Part shown: positions 18,140 to 33,008 of the stretch, piece by piece
Position numbering within the stretch: the first letter of the stretch is position 1
How the letters are laid out: every line of letters starts with the position of its first letter
DNA from: Blasia pusilla
Taxonomy: Eukaryota
Length of the DNA stretch: 64,000 bases
Reading direction: 5' to 3'
Assembly (NCBI GenBank): GCA_050084515.1
Contig: CM114271.1
Coordinates: 17,546,001-17,610,000, forward strand
Position numbers and translations under genes: made by a program
The notes under the pieces: generated by a model
Databases searched by the model: none
What the model saw: only the letters and a program-made list of their open reading frames with translations
Told to the model about the DNA's origin: nothing

Positions 18140-19295
18140 ATGCGTACTCATTAAGTAGTTCCTATCATAGCCTTGCAACTATAGACCCCGCGCCCTGATT
18201 GGACGGTGCTTGAGACGCGGATGGGTGTAGAGAGAGCAACAAGTGAAGAAGCTACCATAGAGAGGAGGGAGACACTCTTATATAGTATAAGAGCTGACCA
18301 AACAAAGTGTTTGAGCAAAGCTTCCACACGTCAACCAAGAAAGGCTTCACCACACCATCTGCTTTATGTGATTGGGATCCCCAATGGACATTACTAACTA
18401 GTGCATCAGCTTTGGGAAAAGAATAAAGCTACCTACTATGTTGAACAATTTAGGTGTTACCAGCTTAGAAATGCCACCATATGCTTATAGCTCAGTGTGT
18501 TGTAAATTTTGCGTGGGAGACCAAGTAATGAAAAGCCTTTCAGAGAGAGAAACTGTACTCATTAAGTAGTGTCTGTCGTAGCCTTGCGATCATAGAGCCC
18601 CCACCCTAGTTGGACGCGTTGCTTGAGAGTAGGATAGGTGTAGAGAGAGGAGCAAGTGTAGAATGTGCCATATGAGAGGAGTGTGACACTCTCACATAGT
18701 CTGAGTGCTGACCAAACAATGTGTTTTTGCGGACCTTCCATGTGTCAACCAAAAACGCTTCACCACACCATTTACTTCACCTGATTGGGATCCCCAATAG
18801 ACATTACTTACCACTGCAATAACATTGGGCAATGAATCAAGGCTATTTAATGTGTTGAACAATTATGGTGTTACCAGCTTAGCAATATCAGCATAGGCTC
18901 ATAGCTCTGTGTGTTGTGAAATTTTGCGTAGGAGAGCAAGTAATCACTTGAGGTTTGATCCCCATCATCACACAAGGTGCAAGAGTTTAGTTGTATTCCC
19001 ATCCTGCTTTTCTTATGATTCAAGAGGATTACCCCCATCCTAAACTTGGACTTGAGTGGGATTTCCAAGCAAGGAGTTGCTGGAAAATAGTTCTTCAATT
19101 CTACCTTCTTTGAATGTATTCTCAAGAGAGAGAGGTCAGACATTTTTATCGCTTCCTCCGTGTTGTTCAGCTGTGAGCGGTTGCCCACATGGTATCCACA
19201 AATGCTTTCTCATCTCATCTTGCTCCCACAATTCAAACCCTACTCAGATTGCTTGCACAATCTCTTATTCTCATTAAGTAGTGTCTGTCGTAGCC
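18140..19295 (-). mobile_element. Tandem 3'-end fragments of the same LINE family as 8020-11644
   Basis: 18140-18530 and 18553-19240 align by eye with 8020-8400 and 8020-8700 (TACTCATTAAGTAG...GATTGGGATCCCCAAT). A third short 3' tip lies at 19268-19295. Confidence 0.85.
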
Positions 19296-19298
19296 ACA

Positions 19299-19301
<3 letters not shown>

Positions 19302-19383
<82 letters not shown>
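19302..19383. repeat. (AG)n microsatellite
   Basis: Direct perfect run. Confidence 0.99.
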
Positions 19384-19384
<1 letters not shown>

Positions 19385-20039
19385 CTTTTTTGAATCAAAT
19401 AGCTGCACTTCACTCTAGTGCGTGTGCATCACCAAAGGTGAGTGTAGAGGAGATGAAAAGTTACAACAGAGGAAGGTCAAAATTATCCTTCCAATCAATT
19501 AATTATAAGTGCGAGAGGTGAGGAGAGGTGATAGTAACTCATAATGTGAGCAAGGATTATAGCGTCCACGCGTAACGATACTACCTAGAATATGGAACTT
19601 GTAGCAGAATACACAATTTTACGATATGAGAAAAAAATTCTCAAACTCTAAGACACAATAATCCAGCTAGAGAGATGCTATTGACTCACCATATTCGTAG
19701 CAAACAATGTGGCTAGTATTTCAGATCTAACAATTTTCACCAAACTGCCATTTCACGCGAGCTTTACCTTGAATCCACACCCTCACTCAACCCAATAATG
19801 CCTCGCTGATCTAGTGACCCAACATTGTCTCACGCTCATGTAGTATCTATTCTAGGAGCATTGATCACAACAACATCACGTGCGGACCCGTAGGGCTTGG
19901 AGGACTTAGCTCAAATTTCCCAAAATTCCACTAGTTAGGTCAGTATGGACGCGAGGGGCGTGGAGCTCACACATATTACTTATCTAATAATTATGGTTAT
20001 GAAAAGTGCCACATCAACATGTCTACGTGTCAAACATTT

Positions 20040-20243
20040 CATGACTCAAAGTGAGATATTTCTGATTTTCAAGTTCTTATGACTCGTGAGTCATATTGTG
20101 TCAATAGCTTGTGACTCACTATGACTACAAATCCACATGAAGACTAAGTGAGTCATTATTTTTGTTTATGAGTCACCATCTAGTCATGTAAATGTATGAG
20201 TCAAGCAAGCTTGAGTCATAAAAATGGTTTTTTTCTTCTAGTG
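20040..20243. mobile_element. CACTA terminus with subterminal repeats
   Basis: ...TTTTTTCTTCTAGTG ends at 20243 (reverse complement CACTAGAAGAAAAAA), preceded by a cluster of direct and inverted GACTCA/TGAGTC motifs. Confidence 0.65.
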
Positions 20244-20329
20244 AAAAAACTTTGAAAACTCCCTCATATGTTGCTTTTATTGTTATATGTGAAATTATTT
20301 AAACGTAGTGATTTCTTGCATTTTTCTAG

Positions 20330-23300
20330 GTTGTGGCGGAGAAGCGTAGGAGCAAGTGAGGATTTTTAAAATGATGAGGCAAGGTAATGATGGTTGGTCG
20401 ATCTTATGTTCCTCTTTGGGAAGAAGCATATGAGCCTATGCCAACAAATTCTGAGGGAATTGAAGTTTTAGAAGTTTCGAGTGATGGCTATGTTCCAACA
20501 CCTATTTTGGATGAGGAGGTAGATAATAAGTACATGATGGTACCAATTGACGATGTAAGGCAAGTGTTTGAAGAGAAGGTATCAAGAGTTCTATCAACGC
20601 TTGTTGTAGACCATAATAATAAAGGCATTAATGTTGTGTTATCCCAAGGTGAGGAAGAAGAAGGACACACATGTTCGACTAACAATTGCATTCCTTCATT
20701 TAAGCCCATATCTTCCAGCCATTCCTTTGTGCGAGGTATCTTAGGGCCTGGGTCTTGAATTCTTAGTAGTGGTCATTTCCATGACTTTGATGACTCAAGT
20801 GAAATGAGTACCGTTGAGCCTCTCTTGACAGTAGATTAATTGGCTTTCTGAAATATGAAATATAAGAAAATTACCATTTTGGGGATTTCTATTTATGTAT
20901 TGTGAAGTATTTATGCTATTTGGTTCTTAAAATCAAAATTTTTATTTATTTCAAAAAAATATGGTTTCCTATAGAAAAAATATCATATGATGGATAAGGA
21001 TCAAGTATCATGGTAAAATGGTGAAAAGCCTTTCCTTGATATCACAAACATTGAGGGCAATACAAATCTTGCATCTAAGAAGGCTAAAAAGACATAGTAT
21101 CAAAAGAAAGAGCGAGCACTTAAGGATACGTCCTTTGTACTTCCTTATACAACTACAATGGCCGAAATGTAAGGTTGTTTAGCACTATTTTAATTTTAAG
21201 AGATTTCAATTCTCCATGTATATTATGAGAAAAAAACTTTATTTTTTTATTTTGTAGACTTCCAAATCCAAGAAGAGATCGTGAAATGCTTAAAGTTGCG
21301 AGAGCTCAAGGAAAATTTTGAAGATATGTGAATATGGATCTGAGGTATGATTTTACTTGATTTCTTTTTTATTTCAAGATTATGATGATTTTGTCAAATT
21401 CTAGCTTACAAAGTTTATATACTGATAATGTTTGCTTTGCAAGCGAGTAACATCTGTATCAAATATGGTTGAGCCTTCTAATATTATGGTTACGTCATCC
21501 CCTATGTACATTTCTATTCTATGACACTCATCTTATTTTTTTAAGATTTTTCTGTATTCTGACGTGAAAGTTACATTACTAACTCTTTCATAATTGTTTT
21601 CATTGTAGTCTTCTTTTTCCTGCCAATCCCCAACGATTATATGACATGTTTTGAGTGCGCGAGCGCAAGGTCAAAGATGTAGACATGGTGATATGCTTGA
21701 GCTATCTATCGGGGTGAGTATTGATGATTCGTTGATAAGGACAAATACATCTACTTGGCTATATTCCATTGGAATAGGTTTTGCTCCAATTGTGGATGTA
21801 CTAGCTCCTACATCCGCGATTGGAATTGATGACATTGATGTTGAAGATAATATAAGGTATAATTTTGTTTTTATTTTCTATTTTATAGACTTTCCAAATC
21901 CAGGATGAGTACGTGGAATGCTTAAAGTTGCAAAAGCTGAAGGACAAATTTGAAGACATGTGAATATGGATGTAAATGTGAGGTATCATTTTACTTTATT
22001 TCTTTTGTATTTCAAGATTATGATGAGTTTGTTGAATTTTAGCTTACGTAGTTTATATATTGATAATGTTTGTTTTGTAGACGAGTAACATTTGTATTGA
22101 ATGTGGTTGAGCCTTCTAATGTTGTGGTTAAGTCATCTCCTATGTACGTTTCTATTCTATGACACTCATCTTATTTTTTGTATTTTTTTTTTTGTATTCT
22201 AACGTGAAAGTGACATTACTTACTCTTTAGTAATTTTTTCCATTGTAGTCTTCCTTTTCCTTCCATCCCCCCATCGATTACATGACATGCTTTGAGTTGC
22301 GCGAGCGCAAGGCCAAAGACGCATACATGGTGATATGCTTGAGCTACCTAATGGGTAGAGTATTGGTGATTCGTCGATAAGGAAAATATATATCTACAAG
22401 GCTATACTCCACTAGAGTAGGTCCAACTCCTACTGACGATGTACTAGCTCCTACAAGTACGATTGGAATTGATAACATTGACATTGACGTTAATACAAGG
22501 GATAGTTTTGTTTCTACCGCATACTTTACTTTTATATATATATATATATATATATGTAAAGTTTGGTTGTTTTTCATGCCTCAATTAAGGACGCATGATA
22601 TGGTCTTTGAGTTGATAACTGTTACTTTGGGATCTTCAGTGTACACTTCTTTTCTATAACCTTTTATTTATTTTTGAAATTTTTTTATTTTTTGACGTTA
22701 AATTTTCAATTTTGTGCTAATTTTACATTTGAAAATTTTATTCTCTATAGTCTTTGTGTATCTTCCAACCCTCAAAGACTACATGATATGCTTCGAGTTG
22801 GGCGAGCTCATGGAGAAAGAAGGAGGCATGCTAATTTGGTTGGATTATCTCATGGTAGACATTTTGGCGATTGTTCAAGAATGAATATTATACTTGAGAA
22901 TAATGTTCATGAGGTTTATACGGAGATAAACGAATGTAAAATCAAATGTAAAATTAGCAAAAATATATCTGATTTCTTATGTTCCAAATGTGACATGTGG
23001 AAGGATGATGGACTTGAGGAAGTTATTGAATATTGCATGTTTACGTAAATTTAAAGAGAAACATATCCGAATTCTTCTGTTGAGAGATCGTATTGATAGT
23101 ATGATTGGTTGTTATACCATTGGACGTATGAATTACATATATCTGACATGCGAAGCGCTCCATTAGAAGTGTGAGAGAGTTGAGCCTTTCAAAGTCTCCA
23201 AGCTCTCCTTTTGGGATGTGTTGTGAGCATGGTAGGGTTCAAGTATCATATTTGAGGGCTTCACCTCCTTTTCTATTTGAGTTAATTTCGGGTGTTACGT

Positions 23301-26300
23301 CAAATAGTCCGCATTTTTTACGTAATGCATTGCCCATAATAGTGCCCTCTAATTGACATCTGCCGGAGCTCTATAAAATGATGCAGGGAACTTAAGGATT
23401 CGACGTGGTATTTATCATGCTATTGGACCACTTAATGCGGAGATGAGTGTTTCTCCACAATTTGCATAGATTTATATTCATGATGATGAGTATCAAATTG
23501 GACAAAGGAGAATCGAGACAATCGTGATCGATTGAGGATTAAGATCTTGAGGGGATTACAAGACATGTTACATGTCCATAATCCATATGTCGCTATCTTT
23601 CTATATGTAGCAAAGGATTTATGTATTTGGATTTTAATATTGTCTTAAAGGGTACCTTATTTGATTGCCATATCAATTTGGAGATTACGAATAGCATATT
23701 GGAGCGAAGTACTTCTATAAGTATGTATATAAGGGATCAAATGCCATATCCTATAAATTGGCAAAAAGTAGAGTATGGAATATATTATTGATGAGACATC
23801 CTTATATATTGATGCAAAGTACTTGACTTTGTATTTTTTATGATATTTTATAATTATTTTAGAATATTGAAAGGTTGGACTCAGACTGTATTTTTTTTTT
23901 GCTTTTCAAGGTATATTTATTCTTAAGAAGCTTGTTGGAGACTCTTCAAGTTTAGTCTACACGTTGAGCAACAAAGTATTATACGATTGATTGTTCATCT
24001 CCTTGATAGCCAGATGGTATATATTCATGATCAAAATTCCTTGGGTAATATTCTAGAGCGGAGTAAGGAGGCCACCCTCACTCAATGGTTTGCAACTAGT
24101 GTATTTGATCCTTCTGCTCGACAACTTCATATTTGGAATTTCCTTCTCATTACTCTTGGAATAAGAAGACATGGGTTCGACGTAAACTTGGAAGAAAAGG
24201 ATGTTGACATCCTGTCAGACGTTTGTATATGACTAACCTAGGTGAACTTTCTCTTCAATGTATATTTTGTCTTTCCAAAATATATATTGAATGTAATATA
24301 ATATCTTTTTTTGTGGATATTTAATATTTTTATTTTATGTAAAATTATATAGGTGAAGGGAAGTGTCATTGGCTACGGTTACTTCTTCATCATGTGAGAG
24401 GAGCGTGAGGAGGATCTCAATCAGATCATGATTTAAGGATGGTTGATGGTGTTGTTTATTCTACTTTTAAGGAAATTGCTATTCAGATGGGATTATTAGA
24501 ATTTGAAGACGACAGGGAGGTTTTTTCGAATTCATGCTTTGAAGAGGCGGTTAAAATTTGTACCTGTTATTCATTGTAATTGCTCTTTGCTATTATTCTT
24601 CTCTACAACCCGCCTTCTATACTTGGTATGGTGTGGGAACATTTCTTAGTTCCACTAATTGAAGATCTCTTACATCAAAGGCGTGAGGTAATATTCATGC
24701 CTTCTATTTATTTTTATTTTTTTAAATTTCTATTGATTTTATATGCATTTTATCAATATTTTTCTATTTTTTAAAATTTTGATGTAGAGAATTGAAGTTC
24801 TTGATCTTGCTTTGGACATGCAAACTATAAATCTTGCATTATTAGAGACCCTTTATCATCTTCAAGATCATGGTAAAAGTATGGCAGATTTCTTAGACAC
24901 GCTTGGACTTGACTTCTTTACTCAAGATTTATCGATCTCGTTCTTATAGGAAGAAGAGCTCTGTTATGATCGTGAAATGCTTGCCGACCGTGTTGAATGA
25001 GGGGAGATTTCATTGACTGATGAAAAATGAGCTACATGGAATGTTGTCCATCTTCTATTTGAGGATGTGTTAAATGATGCGTCACCTATTGTAAGTGCAT
25101 TTAATATATGTTATGCTTTTTGAAGATTTATTTCTATATTTTAATTATTTTGAATTTGTATTTGGTGACTAATTTGGATGTTATTAGGCAAAGTTATTCT
25201 TCATCGATGGTCCTGGTGGAGCGAGAAAACCATTTGTATACAATATTTTTCTTGCTAGCGTTCGAATCAAGGGTTATATTGCTCTTGCATCTTCTGATAT
25301 TGTTGCTTTGTTACTCGATGGAGGATATACTGCTCATTTTCGATTCAAGATTCCAATTCAGATATATAAATCATCTACTTACAAGTAAGTTTATGTTGAA
25401 GATTTTGTTATTACTTTGCTTTATTTCTAAAATTGTGTTTCTATTATTTTGTTATTATTGATCTATATTAGGAATAAATATTTCTTACTTTTTGATTTCT
25501 TGTGTGTTTTCTAGCTTATCCGTTAATAGTGACATTGCATGCCTTATACAAAAAGCAAAGTTCATCGTATGGGATAAAGCTCCTATGATGCATTGTCATG
25601 CTTTTGAGGCTATCAATCGTACTTTCCAAGATATCATGGGTTTCATGGATCTTGCATTACGAGATCTCCCTTTTGGGGGCAAGATATTTATATTTGGTGG
25701 TGACTTGCGACAACTTCTTCCTGTAGTATGTCATGGTGATCGGCCAACTATTGTGCGTACAACCCTTAGAAAATCTCTTATTTGGTCTCATGTGAGAATA
25801 ATGAAACTCACTACTAACATTAGAGTGAATTGTTTGCAAAGTAACAAAGATTGAACCTTATGTTGTTGCATTTACTATCCTATGTATATTTTATCAAGAT
25901 ATACCCATTATTTTTTTGTTAAATTTAATTTAGGACAAGCATGACATGAGCAAGTTGGATTTGCAAACAAGTTATTGAAGGTTGGCGAGGGTTAGATACA
26001 ATTGCATTTTGAGTGTGGAGATGATTTTATAAGAATTCTTGATGTGTTGATTGTTAAATGCCACATACTTAATGATTTGATTGACATTTTGTATGGACGT
26101 GATATTGATAAGTGGAGTGATATTCACTTCTTGAGGGGTACATCTATTCTTACAACAAAGAAGACTACCGTGGATTTTATCAATGCCAAAATTATGTCGC
26201 AATTTGGAGAAGAGGTAATTCTAATATTCCATGAATGTCATCAATTTATATGAAATGAATACATGATTTATTTGTTCTATTAGAAGTTATCCTTTAGATT

Positions 26301-27022
26301 CTAATGATTGTTTCTCTTTTTGGTAACACACTTTTTAAAGTGCTAATTCAATAACTGACGATGGGATGAGGTTGATATACATAACAAAATTCTTGAATAC
26401 ATGTTTTCCATCAGGATTGCCACCAGGTTGCTAAACATTGAAGATCGGAGCTCCGATTATGCTATTACGGAATATGAATGGAGCAAAGGGACAAGCAAAC
26501 GAGACTCACTCGGTGATAGTTGGATTTGGTTGACATGTTATCGATGTTGTAATTATACTGGAAAAATATTGGAACTCGATTGTTTATTCCACGCATTCCG
26601 TTGTTGCATCTGATTCAAGGTTACTTTTTGATTTACGATGATTTCAATTTCCTGTTCGTCCAGCCTTTGCAATGACAATTAATAAGTCTCAAGGTCAAAC
26701 ATTAGAGAGAGTTAACATTTATTGCAAAATTTTGTACTTTCTTATGGGCAATTATATGTTGCCTTATCTATAATAGATTCTAACAATTCAATTCATATGA
26801 TTATTGATAATCAAAGTCATCCAAACAAAGATGGTGTTTATATTAGAAATGTTGTATATCCTGAAGTGTTATATTAAAAAAATAAGAATTAGATTTTTTT
26901 TTTTTTTTAAAAAAAGATTCTAATTTTCTTTGACTAAGAAAATTTCCATATTTTATTATATTAAAATAATTTTTTCTGTTGTAAAATTTAGTGCCACTAT
27001 ATGCCACGGGCATTCTCACTAG
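20330..27022 (+). mobile_element. Helitron copy 1 (decayed, intron-containing RepHel)
   Basis: Zn motif MCCEHGRVQ, KYFYKYVYKG, PIF1 motifs FIDGPGG, IVWDKAPM, FGGK..IFGGDLRQLLPV and FPVRPAFAMTINKSQGQT. 3' degenerate GC hairpin followed by CTAG (27019-27022) and T. 5' end not found. Confidence 0.9.
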
Positions 27023-28294
27023 TATCTACCAAGGCTTAGACGGTTAATCTTAGGCCGTCTATTTTTTAACGGATATGTATATGCCTATATCATTTTAAAA
27101 TGTGATCCACTCCCGTTCCTACAAGGCTTTTTCATCTCTAGTTTTCTTCTAGTGGAGAGAAGTTTTGTCCATCGGATAATAGGCCTATGCGTTACTTTTC
27201 CATGTGTCTACTCATAAAATTAACTTGAAAGCTCTTCTAAAACCCTTACTAACTTGTATTAACTCCCATTACAACCCCTACTAATCCCTATTCGATCGAT
27301 TTAATGGGGAAACGTCTCACGTGCCCCCAATAGGTGGGAAGGAGTAATTGCGGGATGGACAAACTAAAATGAGCTTTGTGATTCGTCTTTGAATCACCAT
27401 AGAATCTCCACACTTGCATTTAATATTCGACATCCAAAAATAATAGGTGTTATGGTTTCTCTTGATTTTTTTTAACCTTCCTCTAACTTAAAATCACCTA
27501 TCCAGATTATACCCATACTATCCGTAGCGATAGTGAGACGCCCCTTGAAGGTTTGTTACTATGGCAAACTATGTGAGTCCAACAATGTATACTATAATGC
27601 GAGGAAGGGGGGGTTATCTCTTTTGGAAAAGAAAACTCCCAAAGAAGTGAAGCCCTCCATAAATAATCATCTATAATGGTAGCTTAGCAGAAAAAGTTCA
27701 AAAAAAATCAAAATCAAATCTATGAGAAATCTTCCGTGGACTTCTATTTGAACCGAGGACTTCTATGTGAAAGTTTTCCACCGCCTTATTTCTGAATGAG
27801 TCAATTTTTTTTCAGATTTTAATGGGACACTTGTCAGTTCAGAAATAAAAGAGGAAGTTGCCAGTCGTATTAAGACACCTATGAACTCCCTAACTCTAGC
27901 TGATTGCAAATAAATCATCCGCTCTAAGTTGGAGTAGACTAACATAGGTGGTGGAAAAGTGGGGGCAGTGTCAAGAAGGTGGTGGCAGAGTGGAGGTAGC
28001 ATCTAGGTGGTGGAAAATCTGGAATCGGCCAAAGAAGGCAAATCTCTCCCCAAGTCGGAATTGGTTTGGATTTTTTTTCTGTCGTCTTAGATTCCGCGTG
28101 GGCCTTCTCCATGTGACAGGGGAGAATTCAGAAGTTGTAAACTTGCTCAAAAAATCTTCGAACAAGGTGGCTGCAAACAAACTGCAAGAATTCGTGACTT
28201 GTTAGTGCAGGAATTACTTCCGTTCAGATCAGACTTACGTTAGATCAGACATAGTTCGCAAGCTTGTGATTTCACATGTTTGGAAAAAAACTTC

Positions 28295-28925
28295 TCAACT
28301 TGAGGAATAACTTTCCAAAACACAACCGACCTCAGATTGCACCAAGCTATGGCGCTGTGTGTGGACGGTGATTTGGCTGCAATTGAAGATTGCATCTCCG
28401 AAGGCTACCAATACACCCTCTACGTACACAATGGACGTCAGTTTTATACCAACTGCACAATTTTGGGAAGAGTCCTCTTTGTTTCAAAATTGTCACCTGC
28501 TCGTGAGATCCGGTCGCGCTGACGCTCTGACAAGCGTATTGATTGCTCAAGGTCGGACCGATCTAGGCCAAAGCACAGGCTTGGTGTTTCAGAATTGCAT
28601 TATTTTGGGCATGCCAGATTACATGGAGGATCTGCGCAAAAATCCGGCATTGCTTCAATCCTATCTCGGGTGGTCGTGGAAGAGGTTCTCCCGGACGATG
28701 TTCATCTACTCCTACCTGGACTCCGTGATATAACCCGAGGGATGGCTTGCTTGGGATGGAACTTTCGCGTTGGATTCACTCTTCTATGGGAAGTATCAGT
28801 TGTGTAGCCCTGGAGCGGTTGCCGCCTCTAGAGTTCCGTGGTCCAACCAGCTCACCTCCAACCAGGCCGATGCTTTTGGCGTCGAGAGATTCATCCAAGG
28901 AAATCGTTGACTTCCCTACGCAGGG
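28295..28925 (+). pseudogene. Pectin methylesterase (pectinesterase) C-terminal fragment
   Basis: Across frames: HQAMALCVDGD...EGYQYTLYVHNGRQFYTNCTILG; FQNC...IAQGRTD...STGLVFQNC...YLGWSWKRFSRT; GWLAWDG...LFYGKY...PG...RVPWS...FIQGNR. These match plant PME catalytic-domain motifs. Frameshifted and 5'-truncated. Confidence 0.85.
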
Positions 28926-28980
28926 ATTTCCTGATTTTCAAGAAAACAAACGCAGACACTCACACGCAATTTGATCTTGC

Positions 28981-29132
<152 letters not shown>

Positions 29133-30833
29133 ATAATTATGGAAGAAATTATAATAAATACGAGTGATGATGAATATTTGGTAGAGAGAGATGAACATAG
29201 ATTTTCATTATCTCGCTCTGAACGAAAACGGAAATTTTTGATGTGGACCCTAAATTTTTCGCTCCTATTTCAAATGGTTTTAATGAGACTCACGAGGTTA
29301 GAGAAGTCTCAATAGGTGAGGAAATTGTGATTACTCTCAATAGTAATGAGAGATACTCTATAGATATTTGTTCTGGTCTTGAAGAATATGACGATGGAGA
29401 ATATTCCTACACTTCCCTCTATGATTCCGAGGGATGGTATGTTGGTGATGAGTTCGACCTGGAATATAGGTGTATGGATTATGGGGGTTTAGACATAAGT
29501 GCAGATAGTCGAGATATTGGAGATAAGTAGCCTAAAGAGTATTATCTATTGTGTATATCCAATTAATCATCAAATCCCTATTCGTTTTGTTCTCAGATAT
29601 GTCTATTTGAGATTGTTGAGTTGAGCAAACGATCAAGTTTCATTTCTCTGGGAGTGGAGTGACTCAAAAAAGTAAGTCTTCTCTGCTTGTGTTATGATAT
29701 TCAGGTGTGGAGATTTAGTATCCTTTTCTATTGAGTATTTCTTTTATTATTTTGAAATATTTCTTTGATTAAAATAATTATGTGGATAATGCAAGATACT
29801 TTATAAATGAGTGTTGATGATTTACGCTTTAGCGATGGTGAGTTCTACGTTCCTCTTGATGAACAAGAAAGGGATTATATATCTATAGATGTCGACGTCG
29901 TAGAGGTGATACAAATATCAAGTCCGGAGTATGTCCCATGGCCGATCGTTGAAAATAGGAACAATGCTTCAAGTCTTGGCTATGTTCCATCATCGATTTT
30001 TGAAAATATGGATAAGGCTTTAAGTCCTAGCTATGTACCATTGCCAAATTTTGAAAATGGGATTAATGCTCCTAATGTTAGCCTAAGCCCTTTGAGAAAT
30101 GGTCAGAGTTGTAGTTATGATGAGAGTGCATCTAGGATTTTAACCACACCTGTGGTGAATCATCATTCTATTTCACAAGAAGTAGTTGGAGGTCAGGAGG
30201 AAGAAGGAGATACAGATTCCACACATGATTGCATCCCTTCCTCAGACCCTATAGCATCTAGCCATTCATTTGTACGTGATTGTTGCGGGTCGGGGTCATG
30301 GGAAATTAGTGATTGTCATACAGTTTGCTTTGAGGACTCAAATGAGATGAGTACGGCCGAGTCTCATTGCCCATTAGAATGATTTTCCTATTTCAGACTT
30401 TTATAAAAACTTCAGTTATGTGTAAATTTATTTTTTAATATAGATTATAATATCCACGGACCAAATCTTGAATATAAGTTTTGTTTACTAATTTTTTTTT
30501 TTTTCTATTATTTTTTATATATTAACAATACATATTTTGGTCGGATGGTTGATATTGTCACAAGATGCATGAATCTCAAGAGGAACCATCGAGGCGAAAT
30601 GAAAAAAGACCATTCGCAGACATCACCAATGTAGTCTCTTTACCTAATGTGGAGCATGATCACCACATTTCATGTAGTGCTCCATCTTCTATATGGATTT
30701 TGGAGGAAACAGAGAAGCTTGCATATAAGAAGGCTAGAAGGGTTGCTTCTCAAAGAAATAGAAGGGCGCTTCAAGATATGCGATTTGTAACTCATTCAAC
30801 GACTTTGTCATCTCCAATGTAAGGATACTTAGC

Positions 30834-32150
30834 ATTATGATTATAGAATGATATCGTAACCATATATGCACACTCTAGATTTGTTGTGTGACTTTAATAT
30901 CTTTCATGTTTGTGATGTAGACTTCCAAATCCATCGAACCCGCAACGACTACGTGATATACATTAAATTGTGAGAGCTCAAGGACAAGAGCGAAGACTTG
31001 CTAAATTAGTTGAATTGAGATATATTGAAGCTGTTGTGAATGTTCCTTCGATGGAAGAATTACAACCATCCATCATCGATGGCTCACAAGGCACAAATAA
31101 TAGAAGGTATTTATTTATGTATAACATTTCTACTTTTTATTATAATAATAGTTATTTTTTTCATATTATGACTATTATATGTTCAGGTTGGTAGCAACAC
31201 CTTCCAATGGAAATCTTCATGCTTCAATAGACACTATATCGTCTCCAATGTATGTTTCATCCACTCATTAATTTCTTATTATGATTATAGAATGATATCG
31301 TAACCATATGTGCACACTCTAGATTTGTTGTGTGACTTTAATATCTTTCATGTTTGTGATGTAGACTTCCAAATCCATCGAACCCGCAACGACTACGTGA
31401 TATACATTAAATTGAGAGAGCTCAAGGACAAGAGCGAAGACTTGCTAAATTAGTTGAATTGAGATATATTGAAGCTGTTGTGAATGTTCCTTCGATGGAA
31501 GAATTACAACCATCCATCATCGATGGCTCACAAGGCGCAAATACTAGAAGGTATTTATTTATGTATAACGTTTATACTTTTTATTATAATAATAGTTATA
31601 TTTTTTTTCGTATTATGACTATTATATGTGTTTAGCAACACCTTCCAATGGAAATTTTCATGCTTCAATAGACAATATCATCTCCAATGTATGTTTCATC
31701 CACTCATTAATTTCTTATTATGATTATAGAATGATATTAACCATATGTACACTCTAGATTTGTTGTGTGACTTTAATATCTTTCATGTTTGTGATGTAGA
31801 CTTCCAAATCCATTACTACGTGATATACATTAAATTGAGAGAGCTCAAGGACAAGAGCGAAGACTTGCTAAATTAGTTGAATTGAGATATATTGAAGCTG
31901 TTGTGAATGTTCCTTCGATGGAAGAATTACAACCATCCATCATCGATGGCTCACAAGGCGCAAATACTAGAAGGTATTTATTTATGTATAACGTTTCTAC
32001 TTTTTATTATAATAATAGTTATATTTTTTTTCGTATTATGACTATTATATGTTCACGTTGGTAGCAACACCTTCCAATGGAAATTTTCATGCTTCAATAG
32101 ACACTATATCATCTCCAATGTATGTTTCATCCACTCATTAATTTCTTATT
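30834..32150 (+). repeat. Tandem triplication of an about 440-bp exon/intron unit inside Helitron 2
   Basis: Near-identical units start at about 30834, 31278 and 31718 (ATTATGATTATAGAATGATAT). Confidence 0.9.
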
Positions 32151-32738
32151 TTTTATTGGTTTTTTTTAATTTAATTATTTTGACTTGATTTTTATTAATA
32201 GTGTTTTTCTTAGTCTTCCACTTCCGTCCAACCCTCGGGGATTACATGCTATGCTTCAAGTTGCACGAGCACAAGGCCAGAGAAGAAGGCACAATAATTT
32301 GGCTCAAGCGAATGTTTATCAATTGTATGTGAATCTTCTTCCTAGAGAGGAAGTCGAGGCTATGACTACTAATGACTTTCATACTCAAGCTAATACAATG
32401 TATGCTTTACATACTTTTATTATTGATGCTTCCTACTTGGTCTTAAATTTTTATGAATGATTTCTAATAACAAATTTTTTTGCAGGCCAATTATGGTACA
32501 TCATGAAGTTGAAACTATTCCAAACTCTAGGATTGTGGTCTTACCATCTCCAATGTATATTTCTAAACTATATACTCAAATTGAATATCGATATGTTTGT
32601 ATGTATATTTATTCTTATTATAATCATATATATGAATTTCTTAACCTCTGCTTGTAGTCTTCCAGTTCCTACCAATCCTCTACGATTATCTCACATGCTT
32701 CAAGTTGCTCGAGCTGAGGGCCAAAGAAAAGACATGCT

Positions 32739-33008
32739 CATTTGGATGAAGTACATGAGATTGCACATGTTAGCGATTCGTTGATAAGGAATGATGCCAA
32801 TGGACCTAATCGTGAAGGCCACATGGAAGTGAATGAAGAAAATGTACATGCCTCGATTCCAAATGTGGGATCACATTTGGATGAAGTACATGAGATTGCA
32901 CATGTTTGTGATCCGTTGATAAGGAGCGATGCCAATGCAGCCAATCGTGAAAGCCACATGGAAGAAAATGAAGACAATGTACACGCCTCCATTCCAAATG
33001 TGGGATCT
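32739..33008 (+). repeat. 135-bp (45-aa) in-frame tandem duplication in the Helitron N-terminus
   Basis: CATTTGGATGAAGTACATGAGATTGC at 32739 and 32874; peptide HLDEVHEIAHV...NVHASIPNVGS occurs twice. Confidence 0.9.

Noticed and set aside
27140-27154. Second TTTTCTTCTAGTG (CACTA-like end)
   Set aside because: No subterminal repeats, partner terminus or TSD visible; cannot be supported as an element.
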